Positions 56,884 to 64,000 of a stretch of DNA of 64,000 nucleotides are shown one piece after another; the stretch's first letter is position 1, and every line of letters starts with the position of its first letter. Made by a program: the position numbers and the translations under genes. Under the pieces are notes generated by a model. That model was not told the DNA's origin, ran no database searches, and saw only the letters and a list, made by a program, of their open reading frames with translations. The stretch lies in the NCBI RefSeq assembly GCF_964204645.1, contig NC_134036.1, positions 8,357,830 to 8,421,829 of the forward strand, in the 5' to 3' direction. The DNA comes from Tubulanus polymorphus (lineage: Eukaryota; Animalia; Nemertea).

Positions 56884-57350
56884 TCGTAATCGTTTAACGG
56901 AGTCGTAATCGTTTAACGGAATCTTAGTTGTTAAACGGAATCGACATCGTTAAACGGAGCCGTAATCGTTGAACATAATCGTAATCGTTGAACGGAATCA
57001 TTATTGGTAAATGAAATCGTAATCATGAAACAGAATCGTAATCGTTAAACGGAATCGCAATCGTTAAACGGAATCGTAATCGTTGAACGAAACCGTAATT
57101 GTTAAATGGAATCGTAATCGTTAGACAGAATCTCAATCGTTAAACGGAGTCGTAATCGTTGAACGGAATCGTAATTATTAAATGGAATCGTAATCGTAAT
57201 CGTTAAACAGAGTCGTAATCGTTAAACGGAATCGTAATTGTTAAATGGAATCGTAATCGTTAAACGTAATCGTTAAGCGGGGTCGTAATCGTTAAACGGA
57301 ATCGTAATCGTTACACGGAGTCGTAGGCGTTATACGGAGTCGTAATCGCA
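56884..57350 (-). repeat. 19-bp minisatellite, reverse complement of the family at 1960-2420
   Basis: Units of approximately TCGTAATCGTTAAACGGAA. Confidence 0.9.
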
Positions 57351-58446
57351 TCGCTGATGGGCTACTTAAACAGGATTAGGAAACCCATAACAAGCACAAA
57401 AAAACCTGAAATGAAAATTAAATTCAATCAGTGTCACAAACTGTTGATCAAAAACTGATAACTAAGGGTTTAACTCGTAGCTCTATTGTTGTCGAAGTGT
57501 ACTGTGCTGTAATCCCCTTTTACTAGCTGCTAGCTCTTCTGACGACATTCTTAACGGAATTCAATAGCTTGATGGATAGAATTATACAGCTCAACGTTAT
57601 GGAACGAATAAAAGAGTTTTAACAATATGTCCCGAAACGTGAGCTCATAAAACGGAGATACAATAGTGAACACGAGCGTGTGGTTAAGTGAAAAATACAC
57701 AATTAAACCCTAAAAATTTGATATATGATAATTCAAATTACGGAAAAAGGCCTTAATAAATGCAATAAATATTTGACAAAAGAGTGAACATTTGAACAAA
57801 GAAATGTATAATTAGGGTTTCTGCTGCTTTCGCAATGACAAAATTACTTCTGGTTACTACGGTCTCCTTTTTTACAATTCCTTTGCCGATTCTTGCAGCT
57901 GGTGGGAATATATTCAAACCACAGTGTGCAAGAGTACGTTTCAAATTAAGCGTCTCAGATGCTGTAAGTACTTGACGTTTAGTGTTATTGTTTTTTTCTA
58001 ATGTCATGTTTAAAATATTTGGATCAGTAATCAGTCGTGCTAGTGTACGTACACGCAGAATTGGATTCATTGTTATTATGGGAGGATAATTCACGAGTCC
58101 TACGATATACCCTTGATATGAAGCTTTTAAAAGTTTATCAGAGAATTGTTTTGGAGTAAACCGAATAGCCCTTAAAATACCAATTTCACATTACAGTCGG
58201 TGTCTATGCTCTGCGAGACAGAGTAATAGATGTTTCACGACAAACGCACGATTTAAATATTTATTATACTTTCTTTCACTCCTCTATTTTTATATTTCCT
58301 TATGCCAAATGATTATTCTCATAAAAGCCCTTCATTTCAGGATTCAATAAGACTCAGTGTGTTTTTATAGACTGTGGCACTAGTACAAATAGGCTAATTT
58401 TCAATTTTGGTCCGCAGTTCATGATTAGGCCTATCATGATGACGCA

Positions 58447-59269
58447 AATACGGGATATCGACAAATTCAAGTTCTTGAATTACTCGTTTGATGGCGCTAG
58501 TCAGAACCGGAAATTGGAACCTAAATCCTCCATGCTCTAGTTCATTTGCAATGAAAATCTCTCGCTTCAAGTATTCAATGAGCGATATTTTACTTACTAT
58601 ACATCGTTACGCGTAATCCTTTAAATATGTTATCCTACCGTTACGTTGGATATGATAAAACCTCACTGCAAAGGCTATAAATCACTACAAGTGTCCTAAA
58701 ATTATCAAAAAATTTTTTGCAACGGCTGAAGATGTAAATACTGGTTGCCAGGTATCACATGGTGGCAGCACTTGACGGCCCAATTTCGATTGTTGGTTCG
58801 AGTCCTGGTACTTTTCATATTTTTATTATAAATCTACGAGTATAGTCCTTCTAACATCAATTTTATTTCGTAATATCATTACATATTTATCAGTGTAGCC
58901 TGCAATGAATTCACCTTAGAGTCTTGAACTCAACAACAAAGTGATGACACCCGGCACCAGTCATTACTTCCGTTAGCTGCTTCGAGCGTCATCGCTACAT
59001 TTGTGATTTTTGGTAGTTTTTTTTCACATTTCTAGTGATCTTTAGCGTTCAAAGTTTTATCGAATTCAACACATCACCAAGATATCATATTTAAAGGATT
59101 GTGCGTGCCTATGTATAGTAAGTAAAATATCGCTAACTAAAAACTTGAAGCGAGAGATTTTTATTGCAAATGAACTAGGAACATGGCGGATTTAGGTTCC
59201 AATTTCCGGTTCTGACTAGCGCCATCAAACGAGTAATTCAAGAACTTGAATTTGTCGATATCCCGTATT
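58447..59269. mobile_element. MITE with long (>=190 bp) terminal inverted repeats, possibly TA-flanked
   Basis: AATACGGGATATCGACAAATTCAAGTTCTTGAATTACTCGTTTGATGGCGCTAGTCAGAACCGGAAATTGG matches its reverse complement ending at 59269. Confidence 0.85.
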
Positions 59270-62200
59270 CTAAGTCAACTCGCAATAGGGAGTACACATT
59301 CTTTATATCAAAATTGACAGGAGAACAAGATCTAATTACGTATGTTTTCAGATTTCGAATAAACCCAATTACATTTAAGTAAAAGTCATCAAAATAAATA
59401 AGGTAAAAACGCGAGCTCATAAAATTAGTTTGAAAAAGGATGAGCAACTGGGAATATCTCACTTATTTCCAATGCCATATAGACATATAAGGTATCATTC
59501 GATTCGTTTTTAGATAGGTTTTAATACTATTGGGCATTTGGATGACTGAACTGTCTATTCTACTTTAAATTCTTACAAAACCTTGAGATTTCGGCCCAAA
59601 ACCGGTAAAATGACAAAATTACTTCCTGGTTTTCAGCGCCGCCCTGGGAAATAAATATGGCGAATGTTGAGAAAACTGGAATATAGCTAGACGCTAAAAC
59701 ACGTAAATTTTCGTTTTAGATATGTTTCGGTTCGAATCCCAAATACTTTATACCTTAAAACGTGACATTAGTCCGGGTGCCGTTCCGTATTCATTCTACA
59801 CGCGCGCTCAGCCGCGAAGCTATTTCTAGCGCAACAATCAATTTAACCCATACAGACGCGCTACGTCATAACGTTCGACATGGTCGCATTTGCCTTTACT
59901 CGTACCGTCGTGCATAAACAAGTTGGACTGTATTGTGTAACCGGCTGGTTATTGTATCGGCAGGTACAGGATTCCATCCATCAGGAACAACAAGGCAGTT
60001 AAACCTTATATGTACAATCTTTATTGCATCCTGGAATGAGAATGATTATCATAGCTTTACATAGTCTTTATATACAGAATCATGAGTATAATGTGAGAAC
60101 TAGGTGTCAGACAAGTTGTAGACATCAGGACTCACAAACAAGCACCCAGTGACATGTTTGAGAGACATTAATTAATTATCGATGAGCACTGACTATAGCT
60201 AATTATTGTGAAAACATATTGAGTAATGTCACATGTTGATTACGACCTTAAAGCACATATTGACACTATAGTCATAAGTTATATTATATTATTGTTATTA
60301 TTATTAATATATAGTAGAGCTATGAAATGTTATGAACTGTTCGATATGACATTGTAGATCTATATGATTACGAAATATGCAAATTATATCAGGGTGACAA
60401 TTGCTTCGATGCTTTGACAAATGGACTCCTAATATCCAGCATAATGTTGACCCAGGTTGCGCTTCTTGGCAATAGTCATATGTTATGAGCTAGAATTATT
60501 TCGATTAAATCTTCGTACGCTTCCCAGTTCGACATATGAACCAATTAGGCAGAAACCCGTTATCGCTGCTATGCAGCTATATTTTTAACTTACAACTCAT
60601 TTTAGTTGTATAGAGCCTAGGTCTTTCCTCTATCAGAATACTGTGGCGAATGCACAGAGGTACAGTTGTACAGAGCAAACATAAAGGAACATTAAACCAC
60701 CCATGAAACAGCTCACCAACACTACACCAGATTAATATGAATTCAAACCACACAAAACAGCTTACCAACAGCTTTCCAACACTACCTTACAACAACAAAC
60801 TAATATAAAGCGCGCAAAAAATAAAGACCAACAAGATTATAAACTAAATTAACTACACAAGTTAAACTTAAAGACATATTAACTTGACCTGAAAGAAAAT
60901 TGTAGCCAGTGGGCAAAACTTATTATGAATACTATCATATATTGAAGAATAATTCTGGTACTTCAGGTTACATATGCCAGTTGTTCTACACATCATGATT
61001 TTCATGATTAACACTTACTCAGTGAATTTAATTATTTGAAGCTGCAAATGTCAAAAAGAAATTTTACCTAAGAGCTCATTTAACCACCTGTCGCAGTAAA
61101 GATTCGAGTTACTGAAATAACCCGGAGAAAAATCAACATTATGAATAGATGAGCAAACATTGAAGACAGTACGTTGATGCTCTGCGCTTCTATAAGAATT
61201 TACACCGATATGTTATAACCAGCTGTGGTAGACATCACGTAGGTAAAGTAAGTATATGCAGTAAATTTTTCACGATGAAACTATGAAATACATGTAGCAT
61301 AACGCGTGAAGCAAAATACTTAGACTAGTGACATGTGAATTAATTATTTCGTTTGCTCCGACAGAAGTGAAATATTCAGTTAGAAGAAATAGTCGTTATT
61401 TTGTCAATACCACTTATCTGGGCTCGAACGTCATCTAAAATGCGACACGTAACACGTGATTTTAAAATAACGCAAAGGTTGATTGTTAAACCGTTTGAGA
61501 TTTAAATTCAATCTTTATTAGATTTTGATTAATTTCGCAAACGCTTTTTCAGTAACACGTGATTTCACTATTAATGAGCGGATTAACTAAACAATATTTC
61601 TTGGTACATTACGTTGGAAGCCGTGGGTTGCATAGTTTGTGAACATTTTTCCAAAAAGATTAAAAATACGATATATTTGAGCACGTTATTTTATGCGGCA
61701 TCTTTAACTGTCCAAAATAAAAAGAAATCAATGTTATTCGCGTCGGAAAAACTTTCTCTAGTCAAAGACCGACACTTTGATCAGAAGTTATGGGCTTGCA
61801 AAGACGAGGCCCCTCAAAACCTTGGTTATTTGTGGTTTGTTATGACCCGGTTTGACCTCCCTCATGCGTCATAGCATTGAATATGTTCAGGGAGATTCTC
61901 CAGCAAATCTGCGTTAACCAAAATGGCGGCTCAATTCAATAAGCGCGATCCTTTTCAAAGCATTGAATATATAATTGGTGAGTAGTGCGCGTACAGTCGC
62001 GGAGGCAAAATCGCCTTATACTCTCGCGTTCATTGCTTGTATGTATCAGTTATAGAAAACACGCGCCACGGTGTCGATCGCATGTAACAAAGATTTTTGA
62101 GGATGGTTGCTTGCCTTGGTCTACTTTTCCATGCGTATTTAAGACAACCATATCGCCTAACGTGAAACTAATTTAAACCATGTCAGTAATCGACAATGGC

Positions 62201-62770
62201 CTAACATTTGAATTACTTGAAGCTTATGTCCTGATGGGTTTTAAAGTTCGTCAAGATGTCACTCGTGGTTTCTCATGGTTTCTCATGGTTTTAGTTGTAT
62301 CATGTCATTCTCGGGATGTATTAAAATTATGAACATTTGGTGAGTCTAAAATTTCCATAATCAATCTTTCAAAAATTTCCATCACGTTGTGATTAAGTTT
62401 CATTGAATTTAATGCGCATTTTAACTTCAATTACTTTAATCTTCGGCACATTTTAAGTTCAATTACTTTGGGGCTCGACCGTCATGCATGAGATGCTGAT
62501 TGTCTTTGAATGTGGATGTGCCACATTGGAAATTGCCATAACGATCTAAATAAAAACTCGTTCATGGGTTAAAGTTTGCGCTAAGTGCTCGGAAAAACGC
62601 TTTCGATTCATAAGAATTTTGTTGGGGAGGCCAAAAATCCGACGCTCGCAACTACTTGCCGTTACGTCGTTAGCTGGTTCGAGTGAAACTCAAGAAGAAA
62701 TGCTATGGATTTTGTAGGTCTGCGTTCTTACCCCTGTCTTTTAAGGAATCTGAAACTCTAGGAGAAGAAA

Positions 62771-63296
62771 ATGTTTGCTTATTTCATGACTCGCGCATGT
62801 GCTATTGTTGTGATTGTGGTCTGTGTTGCGTCATTTGCAGATTCATGGGGTGAGTAACAAACAACTGGGAAATATACAATAACAGAGGATTTCATGAATA
62901 GTAGGAATTAAAATCGCAATCATCACTCAATATTAATAGATGTTTAGCGATTAAAAGATATATTTGATTAATGCAATTTCAGATTAATATTACGTACTTA
63001 TATTCAGAGAAATTTCAATACAATTAATTTGCAACATTGTTCTTATTTTGATTCATCTCCTACACTGTTGTATACATTTGTTCGTCTGAATTGGCAATAT
63101 GGCCGATCGGTATTCATCATCCTCATCAACTGAATCACCACGGTCCTTATACACGGTGGTTGGGGCTAAACTAAGTATTTTAATTTAGAACTCATTCATG
63201 CTTTTAGGATATGACAGCTGCAAGGGAAACAATAATATGTGTGGCGATAATAATGAGTGTTGCAGTAACAATTGTAGTGGCGGAGTTTGTTCCTAA
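62771..63296 (+). CDS. Secreted knottin/ICK toxin-like peptide 3 (55 aa): MFAYFMTRACAIVVIVVCVASFADSWG^YDSCKGNNNMCGDNNECCSNNCSGGVCS
   Basis: Exons 62771-62849 and 63208-63296. Phase-1 GTGAGT...TTTTAG intron. Same Cys spacing. 3' UTR homologous to genes 1 and 2. AATAAA at 63473. Confidence 0.9.
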
Positions 63297-64000
63297 TCGT
63301 TCGTGATATTGGTTAACTATCGGATATACTTGTGGTGGTTTAGGAAATATCCGATAACGAGACTAAACCCAAGTCAGCTTACTGACTGACTCAGCCTTGT
63401 GCGTTAAGAAAAAGCTCGAATTGAATTGATATTTGTAATTCAGTCGTTAAATGATGTGTTTTAAATACGTTTAATAAATTTGTGAGCTAAAAATAAATCA
63501 ATGATCGGGTTGTTACCAAAAATGATCCGCGGATGATGATTTCCAAATGATTAATATAACAGTGTGTGCGTCAGTGAGGACTTCATCAATTGTCATTTCC
63601 TGTTCCGGTCTGTACTCTTATGCTGAATAACAAACTCAGAAAATACACACAATGCTATTCTGCTATTTTATATGGTTTTCTCAATGCCACACGTGCGGAC
63701 TTATGGTGCCATGTTTATTTTGGGAATACATGCGCGGGTCTTCAAATGATAATGGGTGATTCAAATAATTACACGGTATATAATCATCAAACGAAATCGT
63801 AACAGAAATACACTACCTACCTTCCCTGCAACTGCTCCGTTAAAAACAAATCAATTTAACAAACAAAATTGCACACTAATAAACTGCAGTTGTCAGTTTG
63901 CGCAAGAATCGCGGGCTGAGCCAACTATAATGAAATCATGAGTTTACACAGGTCAGACCGCCGTCCATCTGAATACAATCATGTCGAACAAATAAAATAA

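Noticed and set aside
57753-58094. 113-aa ORF on the - strand
   Set aside because: No recognisable domain and a non-ATG start.
58746-58810. tRNA-like sequences with B-box GGTTCGA(A/G)TCC (also ~3345, 9781, 16776, 22980, 54023, 59729)
   Set aside because: No complete cloverleaf could be built. At most these are SINE or tRNA-derived fragments.
60400-60770. Possible second KolX-like exon relic on the - strand
   Set aside because: The resemblance needs several assumed frameshifts.
30335-63296. Idea that the knottin genes came from the neighbouring Maverick, like baculovirus ctl genes
   Set aside because: The genes have spliceosomal introns and host-like composition and lie outside the viral blocks. 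Proximity is the only support.

Overview
AT-rich eukaryotic (animal, probably lophotrochozoan invertebrate) genomic DNA, mostly repeats. The ORF track misses its main content: three spliced paralogous genes on the + strand (CDS 30335-30815, 52704-53224, 62771-63296). Each encodes a 50-55 aa secreted peptide with a conserved signal sequence and a hypervariable 6-Cys mature region, C-X6-C-X5-CC-X3-C-X4-C. This is an inhibitor-cystine-knot (knottin, conotoxin framework VI/VII-like) pattern and looks like a toxin or defence peptide family made by local duplication. The rest of the window holds: a decayed Maverick/Polinton (adintovirus-like) element at about 3.5-15.7 kb (capsid, packaging ATPase, integrase-chromodomain, other conserved ORFs); a separate pPolB fragment at 38-39.2 kb; an RTE-X-like LINE interrupted by a partly inverted Penelope insertion with a 14-bp TSD; four minimal hammerhead-ribozyme motifs; several TIR elements and MITEs; and mini/microsatellites. 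Everything was read by eye and no searches were run. Family names come from recognised motifs, and the ends of decayed elements are approximate.
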